Shown here piece by piece: positions 49,500 to 59,950 of a stretch of 64,000 nt of DNA. The number at the start of each line of letters is the position of its first letter. Within the stretch, counting starts at the first letter, position 1. A model generated the notes under the pieces. The model was not told the origin of the DNA and ran no database searches. It was given only the letters and a program-made list of their open reading frames with translations. The stretch is from the NCBI GenBank assembly GCA_946965045.2, contig OX337237.1, forward strand, positions 434,001-498,000, in the 5' to 3' direction. Made by a program: the position numbers and the translations under genes. The stretch is from Epithemia pelagica. Taxonomy: Eukaryota > Protista > Bacillariophyta.

Positions 49500-50855
49500 A
49501 AAGCCATTCTTCTTCTTCGGCGTTGACTCGCGCCAGAGTCGAAGTTCATCCTTTTGGGCATTGGTGAGTTTGTCGTACTCAGCAGGGGTGTGGTAACGAA
49601 GATGCACTCCTGTTTTCCCAATGCTTGTTTTCTTTGGCTGTGTGGTGGTTGAGCCTACCTCGGCCGTCGTCGATGCTTGCTCCTCATCTGCTTTGACGGA
49701 CGAAATCTGAGCTGCATTTCGTTTGTTGTTACTCGCTGCGGCCCTCTTCTTGGCCACCGGATCATACGGTAGCAGATGGGCAGCGGCAGATTCAAAATTG
49801 TTTCGCATGCCATTAGGGTCATTGTCCGTTCTGACACTTGCCATGGCTGCTTGGAGTCCGGCATCAGAGCATTGGATGCCTTCCAATAGATAGCCAACAC
49901 GTGTGTGTTCGTTGGGCAACTGGTAAGATACGTGTTCAGCACATTGCTGCATAGAAACATAAGCATTTCGATGCTGTGCGATGAAACCCTCGAGTGGAAA
50001 ACTGCTTTGTCCTTTCCATACACGTTGGTGGAGGAGATCGTCTTGTCGTTTGATCTCTGCCTCCCACTTATCCTGACCAGCATACTGACTTGTAAGTGCC
50101 ATCCAGGCACCTCGACCATCTTTTCCTCGCTGATAGGGCTTGATGGATGCCGCATACGTCGTCCCTCTAGTTGCTTCCTCGAGGTGGTAGTATACTGCCG
50201 CATTATCTTCACGGTACAATTCATGGTCATGGGATGCACGCGCCACAAGTTCAACTTCAATTGAGCCATACTCCGTCGAATGGGGCTTATTGGCTGCTTG
50301 TGCTGGCGGTACAACTGGAACATCCACCTCTTGTCTGGTGACATAAGCTAGAGGGATTGTTCTCACTCCAATCACACGATTGAGATAATCTTGTAAGGCT
50401 TCGGTCCATTTCATGATTGGCAGCGCCTTGCTGATCTTGGGAGTCTCGGGTTCATCCCCTTCCTTCCGTGACTTCAATGCCTTCCACTGTGACTCAAAAT
50501 TCTTCATGACCTGGGTCCAACGCATGTTGTTTGCTGTCATGTCACGCCCAACAGTATTGTAGTACCTGACCAGTTCGCATGCCACAGATAGGCGATGCTG
50601 GGATTTGGCACCAAAAACAAAGGATGGTGTAGGGATTGTTGCTCCAGGGGCCGCACCAGGGGTTGGGTCTGGAATCCTTCCTCCCGGTTTCCTGAGATTG
50701 TCCGCTACTTGCTGGAGCGTATCCTTATCGAAGTCGGCTAAGTCGGAAAGTGTCGTGATTCCCTCAACTTGAAGTTGAGTTACAGTAGCCTGTGGGATGC
50801 CCATTTGGTCGGCATCGCGAAAGAAAGATGTCGTTTGGGCAGCAGTTAGTACCAT
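49500..50855 (-). mobile_element. Second copia (CoDi-like) gag without pol (truncated or internally deleted)
   Basis: MVLTAAQTTSFF...QMGIP, WTEALQDYLNRVIGVRTIPLAYV, DGRGAW, WKGQSSFPLEGFIAQHR, LRYH...EY..L. The frame runs on to 49223, but gag-like character ends near 49500 and no protease follows. Confidence 0.85.
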
Positions 50856-50937
50856 GGTGATGTAGTTCACTCGAAAAATCGGAACGAATGGGTCTGATAA
50901 ACTACTAAAAGTTCGCTTATCAGAAAGATTATACACT

Positions 50938-51065
50938 TGTTACATGAAATCTACCCTGATCCACAGGTGGGAGTCTTACACAGCTCCTGCCAAAATCGGC
51001 CACATAGCCGGGGTAGTTTCGACACATTTGTCATGCATTGCCAAATATCGGCCACAATTTCAACA
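50938..51065 (-). mobile_element. Candidate 128-bp LTR of the second copia (TGTTG...TGTAACA)
   Basis: Starts exactly where the first element's LTR match stops, has TG...CA ends and lies 83 bp upstream of the gag ATG. No second copy in the window. Confidence 0.4.
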
Positions 51066-51514
51066 CTACGAACGAAGATTTCCCCAAAAGTAGTAATTCG
51101 GTACGAGGTACCCCCAAGCATGGGGCGACTTGGTCAGTCGCACTTTTTAAGTGCATTCCCTTAGTCACCCCCACGGCTCGAGGGCCCCAAATCGCCAATT
51201 TCTCGACTCAGATACAAAATGCATTTCACCTCCACAGAGCCACCACGGAGGCAAACTAGTGAGGACGATAACATCCATCATGGCTACCCGCACCTCCAAC
51301 CCCAGCCACACCAACGACAATGATACTACCCACGATGCTTCCATGAGGGCGGAATCTTGCCAGAACCACCCTTCTCTCGACCATGGCACTCTTCATTCAA
51401 GCCTTCAACAAAGTAAAAACGACAAACCAGATGACCCTGTCGAAATACCTCAAGCATCCCTTTTTCGACACAACCGAAACCCTCCGGCCACTCCTCTTTC
51501 AACTACCAATTAGT

Positions 51515-51979
51515 CCCATGGGCGGCCTTCACTCGATTGCGGGCCCACTGCCATTTAATCTTCGTCCAAGTACACCGCAGCTTAAGACTGTTGTACTCTA
51601 CCACAACGCATTCAAAGGAAAGTTGCTGTCATTGCAGAATGCAACCCAATTAGAGACACTTATTCTCCACGGTGGCAATGAATGGGCCGACAATGTTCAG
51701 CTAGAGCCATTTTGCAACAATCAAAAATTTCCTCGAATGAATCGCTTTGTGGTTCGTCCTTGTACGAACAATGCCGAGGAAAGCCACATGCTCCTTCCAT
51801 ACTGCTCCTGTTGTCACTGCTGTCCTGACTCTAGTACGTCAGAGTGCCATTTGTATCATTGGTTCCCCGAAACAGAAAATGCTTGGGACACGCGGTATAC
51901 CAAGGATCGTTTCCGTACTCGGGAAGTCATGCTGTCCGAGACTGACCTTTTGAAACTCTCAAACCCCAATAAAAACTAA
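51515..51979 (+). pseudogene. Captured 3' fragment of an LRR gene
   Basis: IAGPLP, LKTVVLYHNAFKG, LETLILHGGN and a CSCCHCC cap; no N-terminus. Confidence 0.65.
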
Positions 51980-52094
51980 CGATACGAAGAATTCCACGTC
52001 GTCATGAGGAGCTGCATGAAACTGTTCAGAGCTTTTGTCGTCAACTGCAGAAAGCGTCAACTACATAGATAAAATCATGATGGTATTTTAATTC

Positions 52095-52630
52095 TTACAC
52101 ATTGGGATATTCAACTCGTAAACCCTGTCTGTCAAGACTCCATATCAGAGTTGGCTGATATTCGCGACAAAAGCCAGGATCATGAGACACGGCAATTACA
52201 GCACCTCCCCAGCCACATTCAGGGTCATGGCGTGTGCCACCTTCCGACTGAGGCTTATTAATGAGTTGAATCAAACTATCTCGCGTTTCGACGTCCATAT
52301 TTTCCGAAATTTCGTCCAAGACTAACAACGACAATCCCCATGCGGCTTTGTTGTTTTGCCAATTGTTGGCGGACACGGCCGATTTGTGGGCCAACCACAG
52401 TCGAACATGTTGACCGGCCGACAAGGCGCGAATGGGACGCAAAACAGTATAACGTGACAATCCATAATCTCACAAATGCTGTCGTATCTGTGTTTTGGTC
52501 CAGGACGATGAGGACGTGATGGCACTAGTATGATCATCCTTGAGTGTCATGGCTCGGAGAAAGAATTCCATGGCAGATTGAGATCCGTGGTCTCGAACCA
52601 AATCATGAAGCGCCGTCTGCGGGAAATACA
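52095..52630 (-). pseudogene. Captured 3' fragment of an ABC-F-like ATPase, with in-frame TGA at 52470-52472
   Basis: YFPQTAL...IRQHL*DYGL...RPIRALSAGQHVRLWLA (signature-like), LLVLDE (Walker B), VSHD (H-loop); no Walker A. Confidence 0.75.
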
Positions 52631-53322
52631 AACAGCTTTGTTTGCTATTCATCGTTCGGCAATTCATTGGGAGCAACACCAGCAGTAAGAGCCGCAATGG
52701 GAAAGGCTTGGAAGAAGGTGTCGGGGGAAGGACGTCGCATGAAGCGAGTAGATGAGGCATCCGATGGAATGGTGGACATGGAACTAGCTGCTTCAAGGCT
52801 CAGAAAGGTTGGTGGTTCGGATTCCTCGGAGGTTCGACTTGGATGGGCCAATGGATCCTTCTGCGCCATAGGGGTTTCATAGGCTTGCGGATCGACCGTG
52901 GGAAACGAAGCGAAACGAGGCAGAGACGAAGGATTGTTGTTGCTGGTGGATGGGGTGGTGGTTTGGTTTTTGGCGATGCTTTCATCTTGGTTGTTAACAG
53001 ACGCCGTCGACCTTTCGGAAACACTGCGAGCGTCAAATAGCTCCCTTACTTCCTTCTGAGTGAGGCGGTGCCGTTTGTGGGAGGAAGACGACATTAAAGA
53101 AGATGTTCTGGACCACTGCACCTCCACCACCGTGATGAATGAGGGTGCGTTGCATTTTGTATCAGAGTCGAGAGAGACCAGGGACACAGCGCACGATCAG
53201 GTATGTGTCAGTTGTCCAGAAAGCGGGCTGGCGTGCGCCCGCGCGCAAGAAGAAAATTCGTCAGATGCAACACGGGGTATCGTGGAAAACCATGGCGCTT
53301 CAGAGGTCGGTCCGAAACCCTA

Positions 53323-53415
53323 AACATGTACCTTTTTCCATTCGAAACCTTACAATCGTCCCTTTGACCATGGTTTGACTGGTTGTTACCTTTCGAATGG
53401 AAAAAGGTACATGTT
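53323..53415. repeat. 93-bp foldback with perfect 25-bp arms
   Basis: aacatgtacctttttccattcgaaa (53323-53347) and its exact reverse complement (53391-53415). Confidence 0.9.
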
Positions 53416-54571
53416 CTGATCTTCATTTTCTACTTGACATTGTGTACAAGGTGTGGTGCGTTGCGTGGGATGGTTGGGTGGAGTGTCGCGTCCCGTCCCA
53501 TCCCATCGTATCGATCGAAACACAGAAGTAATAAAATTATGCATACGCTATAGTGTTGTATTTCTAGCCATTAGACCAGTCGTCGTGATTGTTCAGCTCC
53601 TGCTGCTGCGTTTCCGCAAAGTCGGCTGGGACGACTCCAATAGGGCAAGCCAGTCTCTTCGTCGTCGTCGTCGGGCACAAAGTCACGGGCCTGGTAGACA
53701 AAGGGCGACGAGGTCGATTCAAAGACACGGATATCGAAGCTGACACATTGCTGACACGCCGGTCACTGGTGAGGTACCTTCCAAAGACTGACGCATTGAT
53801 GGGCAATTTGTGATCCGCGTTGTGGCTCTCGTTCGTCTCCTTGGTCTTGTTACTCTCGTTGCCCTTGTTCGTCGTGTCGCTTTCGTTGCCCTTGTTGCTC
53901 TCATTGGTCGTGTTACCTCTCGTTGGTCGTGTTGCCCTTGTTGCTCTCGTTGGTAGTGTTGCTCTCGTTGGTCTCGTTGCTCTTGCTCGTATTGGTGATT
54001 GCTGGAAGATTGAGAGGTTGTTTGGTTGCCTTGCTTTTCACCTCAGCCAGCCCTTCCCCAGCATGCAACTTGTTGCCTCGGATGCAAGTACTGCAACGGC
54101 AATTGTTGATGTACGTCGACATGTTTGGTTGTTGGTTTTGTGTTTGCACTTAGCACATCGGTGCTTTGTCATCACTGGAGAGAGAGAGCGGGTGCTGCGA
54201 GTCCTTCCAACAAGCTGAGTCGACGATCGTGTACCACATCTTGTTGGTCCATGGCAAGCAAGGTAGGATCATTGGGTCGTCGAGTATCCAGAAGAGGAAA
54301 GGGGCACGGAGGTACGGCATTGATTTTGATGGAGTGTCCCCTCCCGGTCACGTGGGTTGTTGTTACGAGTACTCTCGTAGTTGTTACGCTGTGAATTTCT
54401 CTCTTTACTGACTAATTGTCAGTAAACTGAGAATGTAAGCGTAACACTCTAATTAAGCCCCACCACATACCTGATCGTGCGCTGTGTCCAGGTCGAGCCG
54501 TGGGGTGAGTAGACGAATGCACGAAGTGCATTCAATCACGCGTGATTGGACTCACCCCATGCTTGGGGGTA

Positions 54572-54638
54572 GGTACGAGGTAATGACCCTTCCCTTACAC
54601 CCGTGATTCCCAATCCCGCTACAAGGTCATTCGGACAT
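54572..54638 (-). mobile_element. 5' part of the split 5' LTR of the copia element; continues at 51099-51063
   Basis: After removing the TIR element and one TSD copy, the reassembled 104 bp differ from 42580-42477 at one position. Confidence 0.85.
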
Positions 54639-54845
54639 ACGTACCTCCACGGTGTTGTCGCGGCTAGCTAGAGGTACGCTATCTATGCTATTCCTCTACT
54701 ATATAGAATAAAGGGAGAGAGGTGGATAAGTCTTTTGGTGGAGCTATCTTCTACTCCTCTAGGACCAAAACCAGCTCACTACCGAGGGACATCCAGGAAG
54801 TAGAAGAGTGAATGATTGTGGACTCTTTTTCTTTCTTCCATGTTA

Positions 54846-55962
54846 CTAATATCTATCTTGAGGATTATGATTTTGGCTCGGAGTACTTGATCTGTCTCGG
54901 ATAGGACGTTGGCGCTTTTCTGCCGGCTTTAGAATCTGAAAGGAACACATGAGAGTCTCATCAATGGACATCATGGCTGCGGCATTGTCAAATTCACCAC
55001 AATAATTTGGAGCCGAGAAAATTGTCACTAGTTTCCTGTTGGCAAAGAATTCGTAACCATCTTCCACCACTTGATGAGCTCGGATGATGAGATCCAAGTC
55101 ATTTTTGGCACAAAACAGTGACACAATGTCTTCCCCAAACGTAAAGGAAACTCCGCGATCGTTTTCTCCCCATCCATCAATTTCCTTATCCGGGTCGGAC
55201 CAAATCATATCACACAAGAGCCCCGTGTCCGGAACATCCGTGGGCCGTACAATCCTGTTCACATGGTGCAAGCTGGTCAATTCGGGGCTCAGTCCACCGT
55301 GGACACAAAAGATTTTCTCATCGATAACGGCAGCCGCTGGAAGACAGTTGAAGACGTCCGTGAAAGACTTCCAAAGCTTGATGGAAAATCTTCTCTTGCA
55401 CTCATCGTAAAATCCGTAAATACGATTGATGGACGCACATTCATGATTCCCACGAATGCAAAAAAAGTTTTCCGGATACTTGATTTTGTAGGCCAGCACC
55501 ATGGTCACGCATTCGATACTTTGTTTTCCTCGGTCGACGTAGTCTCCCAAAAACAGATAGTTGGCTTCGGGAGGGAATCCTCCATACTCGAACAATCTAA
55601 GCATATCATAAAATTGGCCATGGACGTCGCCCACCACCTTCACAGGGGCCACGAGCTCGAGCATCATGGGTTGCTGAATCAAAATGTCTCGTGAGCGGAG
55701 GCACACCATTTTAATCTCGGCTTCCGTTAGATCGGCAAGCTTTCCTGGTCGGCACCCACGGAGCCTTTAGTGCCAAATGTTGTCGTCGTGAAGCAAACAT
55801 ACCACATGAGAGGGAAACATTGAGACGTTTTGCCATTGTCGTGGAATCTCTCAAATACGTTGCTGCTTACCTCAAGAGCTTTTCGATCACAACATCGATA
55901 GGATCAGTTCCAGCACCATCGTTGGAATCCAGACCATTGCTAGACATTCTTGAACTGTCCAT
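54846..55962 (-). CDS. PP1: Protein phosphatase 1 catalytic subunit, copy 1; join(55962..55871,55764..54846)
   Basis: [44 protein letters not shown] 92-nt first exon (MDSSRMSS...IEKLL) joins in phase. Confidence 0.95.
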
Positions 55963-56112
55963 AGCGAGACCTTCCGATGGTCATTTTGGTTTTGAGGCCA
56001 AATGCAAAAGTGAGCAAGGATGAGATAGAAAAGAGCCTTTTTCTCCCAATAGTAGTGTACACCGTACGAGGGCGTTCTGTCTGTCCGTCTGTCTGACGAA
56101 AGTAGCAAGGTA

Positions 56113-56726
56113 AGGGCTGGGGATACCGATCCATGTACATCTAAGTAGGCTCAGTACATTAACCTACGTAGTACTATTTTCGTCAGTGTAAGAAGTGGGG
56201 CGGATGGTCACACCGAGTCGCACGTCGTAAACTTGCCACCGATAGAAAAGGTGCAATCCGGAAGCCATCATTCGACAATGATGGAAGTCATCACCCCCAT
56301 GGCAATAACTTCCTGAACAATTGAGCCTGCCTGAATCACTTTTACAATAAGAATCTTTACTACTAGAGCAACTTTGCTTTCACTTTGATTCAGGCACCCT
56401 TGAAAAATGAATGAGTTAGGGCGGTCGTTCGATTTCATCACTGAAGAAAAATGAGCGTACCTTTTCAGCCAACTTGGCAAATCTTCTGTAATTTCAGACA
56501 ACCATTTCAAAGGTAAAGGCAACGGACTTACGGTGGTTGGATGTTTATGCGATGCATGGGTGAATGCATACGGTGTCACCGGATCTCGCCATCATTGTCG
56601 AGCGTTTTTGCATTTTTTTGAAATCCGACCATTTCCGGCGTGACGTGTACTATGTGATTTGATGTACTCTACGTAGCTTTTGTATTGAGCCTACTTAGAT
56701 GTACATGGATCGGTATCCCCAGCTCT
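56113..56726. mobile_element. 614-bp MITE with ~45-bp TIRs, flanked by TA on both sides
   Basis: AG(G/A)GCTGGGGATACCGATCCATGTACATCTAAGTAGGCTCA(G/A)TACA inverted at the two ends; TA at 56111-56112 and 56727-56728; no long ORF inside. Confidence 0.85.
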
Positions 56727-58652
56727 TACCCATGATATTTATGCCGTGGCGGCCGAGGAAATTCTCTACGATCAAGTGTGGCCCTTGAAATTTTGGGTCA
56801 ATTTGCAAGGCTTTTACAGCGTCCATCGATTCGCCTATTACAATCATAATGATAATACTAAGGACGACACGAACTGGATCCGGAGGAGGATGGTTCCGCC
56901 TTTTGCGAACGCTTTCGAGTCATTCCCGATACCTTTCGCATGACCCCGACGCAAGAAACCTTACCGGCCGAACGGGCGGCCTGGAATCTCGTCATTTTGT
57001 GTACGGCCGCGACACTCTTTACCCTTGTCTATGTCGTCTCGACCAAGTACATTCCGGTGCGACCCGTCTTTCAGACCGACCCGGCCACGGGCCATTTGGT
57101 CTCGCCCGACAATCGCCAAGATCGGTTGTGGGTCTTTCATTGGGCCTTGGTGTATGCCGTTGTCTATGCCGGCTGTATCGGAGTAATAAGTTTTGTACTT
57201 TATTGGCAATGATCGATTGTTTGTCTTGTTGGATCGCTTTTTTGGCAGTGACTTTGATACCCTCACACAAGGCTTTCAAGTCATTGGAGTCCTCTTGGTT
57301 ATCTTGGATACCACGGAACTTATTGTGGTGATGCTCCGAAGTGAAGATACCTGGAGAACCATGAAACGAACCTATTACGACATTGTCCAAGATCGACAAG
57401 GCCTTCAAGACTTTGAAGACTCGATTCGGATTCCATTGAATTCGTCGCGGGTCCTGTTGGCCACTGCCCTCGTCAATGCCTTGACCTTGCCCAGTTTGAT
57501 TTTTACCGTGCTCATGGCGGTCTTGGGTGTCATGAGTGTCGGAATGGCCTATGGAATTGGAGAATTGTGTTCCTCCATTGTGGGCTCCCTCGAAGGAATT
57601 TGTTTTCGATTTACCTGGTTTGGAATGGAGGAAATTCAATGCGGAGAAGATTTTCATGTCTTTTGCAATGGTACGAGGATGAATGGCAAAGTGTTGTTGT
57701 TGTTGTTGTTTCGGAAAATCCATCTACGGTGGTCATTCACAACAATCCGTCATCCAATGAGATGCCATGGTACATTCGACGGTTTGAACCAAGTCGCGAT
57801 CCCCGGTATACAGGACTTGAATGGCATGCAAGGATTGCAAGTGTCGCAAACACTGCACATAGCGCGCTTGCATGGTAGTACGAGTCGCAGTGGCTTGGTG
57901 GCTGTCGTCGTTCGTTCGGGGCTCGACGTGCAATTCCACCAAGGACAGGTCCATGGCGTGCGCTTGCAATCTCATGAGGATCAAGGAATGAGCTTGAAAT
58001 GCTTCCTTCATGATGGCGAGTGGACCAAAGACGGCCAAGGCCACGACGTGGACCGTGGGATCTTGCCAGGCATGCCACAAGGCCAAATGACAATTCTTTC
58101 CGCCCGTCCACGAAATGGCGGCTGGAACGGCCTCCGGTCCAATGGTTTGGGGAATGTACCGGGCAAACTGCGATTGGTCCACCGTAGTAGTGTTTTTGTC
58201 TGACACTGCAGTATCGTCCCTGGATAACGTTGAGGATGATGGAGAAGCCATGTCGTCGTCGTCGTCGTCGTTTCCCGTTTTCTTCTTCTTCTTCTTCTTT
58301 GGGTGGTTCCGCTCGTTGGAAGTGTCATGGTGGAGATCCGAACCAAGATCGAGGAAACCATGGAAATGTTCGCGAAGCACGTGTCTCGAGAGTCAGCGTC
58401 CCATTAGCGACTGAAACGCTAGTGATCAGAGAAGACCGCCCCGGGGGAGCAGAGGTTAGACTACCTAGTTGCCCTCCCGTTTGTTAGTCCTCGCCTGGGT
58501 AGTCTACCTAGACTACCTAGTCCTGGCCCGGCGCGTCGGTCGACGTTTCCCTGCGGGGGCGGGGAGCGTGCGGCAGCGTTTTAATAGAGATATTGTGTTT
58601 TTTTTGCGGTTATTATCCATAGACATGCCAATCCTAGATTACTGATACTCCT
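56727..58652. repeat. Deleted duplicate of 37246-41898 (Vps62-like and Dph6-like gene fragments)
   Basis: 56727-~56870 = 37246-37388; ~56875-57732 = 38035-38888; ~57735-58443 = ~41170-41850; ~58605-58652 = ~41853-41898. Two internal deletions of about 0.65 and 2.3 kb. Confidence 0.9.
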
Positions 58653-59767
58653 AATATCTATCTTGAGGATTATGATTTTGGCTCGGAGTACTTGATCTGT
58701 CTCGGATAGGACGTTGGCGCTTATCTGCCGGCCTTAGAATCTGAAAGGAACACATGAGAGTCTCATCAATGGACATCATGGCTGCGGCATTGTCAAATTC
58801 ACCACAATAATTTGGAGCCGAGAAAATTGTCACTAGTTTCCTGTTGCAAAAGAATTCGTAACCATCTTCCACCACTTGATGAGCTCGGATGATGAGATCC
58901 AAATCATTTTTGGCACAAAACTGTGACACAATATCTTCCCCAAACGTAAAGGAAACTCCGCGATCGTTTTCTCCCCACCCATCAATTTCCTTATCCGGGT
59001 CGGACCAAATCATATCACACAAGAGCCCCGTGTCCGGAACATCCGTGGGCCGTACAATCCTGTTCACATGGTGCAAGCTGGTCAATTCGGGGCTCAGTCC
59101 ACCGTGGACGCAAAAGACTTTCTCATCGATTACGGCAGCCGCTGGAAGACAGTTGAAGACGTCCGTGAAAGACTTCCAAAGCTTGATGGAAAATCTTCTC
59201 TTGCACTCATCGTAAAATCCGTAAATACGATTGATGGACGCACATTCATGATTCCCACGAATGCAAAAAAAGTTTTCCGGATACTTGATTTTGTAGGCCA
59301 GCACCAGGGTCGCGCATTCGATACTTTGTTTTCCTCGGTCGACGTAGTCTCCCAAAAACAGATAGTTGGCTTCGGGAGGGAATCCTCCATACTCGAACAG
59401 TCGAAGCATATCATAAAATTGGCCATGGACGTCGCCCACCACCTTCACAGGGGCCACGAGATCGAGCATCATGGGTTGCTGAATCAAAATGTCTCGTGAG
59501 CGGAGGCACACCATTTTAAGCTCGGCTTCCGTTAGATCGGCAAGCTTTCCTGGTCGGCACCCACGGAGCCTTTAGTGCCAAATGTTGTCGTCGTGAAGCA
59601 AACATACCACATGAGAGGGAAACATTGAGACGTTTTGCCATTGTCGTGGAATCTCTCAAATACGTTGCTGCTTACCTCAAGAGCTTTTCGATCACACCAT
59701 CGATAGGATCAGTTCCAGCACCATCGTTGGAATCCAAACCATTGCTAGACATTCTTGAACTGTCCAT
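58651..59767 (-). CDS. PP1: Protein phosphatase 1 catalytic subunit, copy 2; join(59767..59676,59569..58651)
   Basis: Same exon structure and motifs as copy 1; 8 aa differences in the large exon. Confidence 0.95.
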
Positions 59768-59950
59768 AGCGAGACCTTCCGATGGTCATTTTGGTTTTGA
59801 GGCCAAATGAAAAAGTGCGCAAGGATGAGATAGAAAAGAGCCTTTTTCTCCCAATAATAGTGTACACCGTACGAGGGCGTTCTCTGTCTGTCCATCTGTC
59901 TGACGAAAGTAGCAAGGTAGTAGGGGCGGAACAGCAGAAGAGCAAGACCC

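Larger units (their letters stand above)
51109..54571. mobile_element. Non-autonomous TIR element (3,463 bp) with 9-bp TSD GGTACGAGG, carrying host-gene fragments (Pack-MULE-like)
   Basis: Perfect 17-bp terminal inverted repeat TACCCCCAAGCATGGGG, extending imperfectly to about 72 bp. GGTACGAGG at 51100-51108 and 54572-54580. The empty site (one copy) is present in the 3' LTR at 42517-42525. No transposase motifs recognised. Confidence 0.85.

Noticed and set aside
53560-54150. CRCSTC...H and CP motifs as a remnant transposase zinc domain
   Set aside because: Short, fragmented, and no DDE core; left as unidentified cargo.
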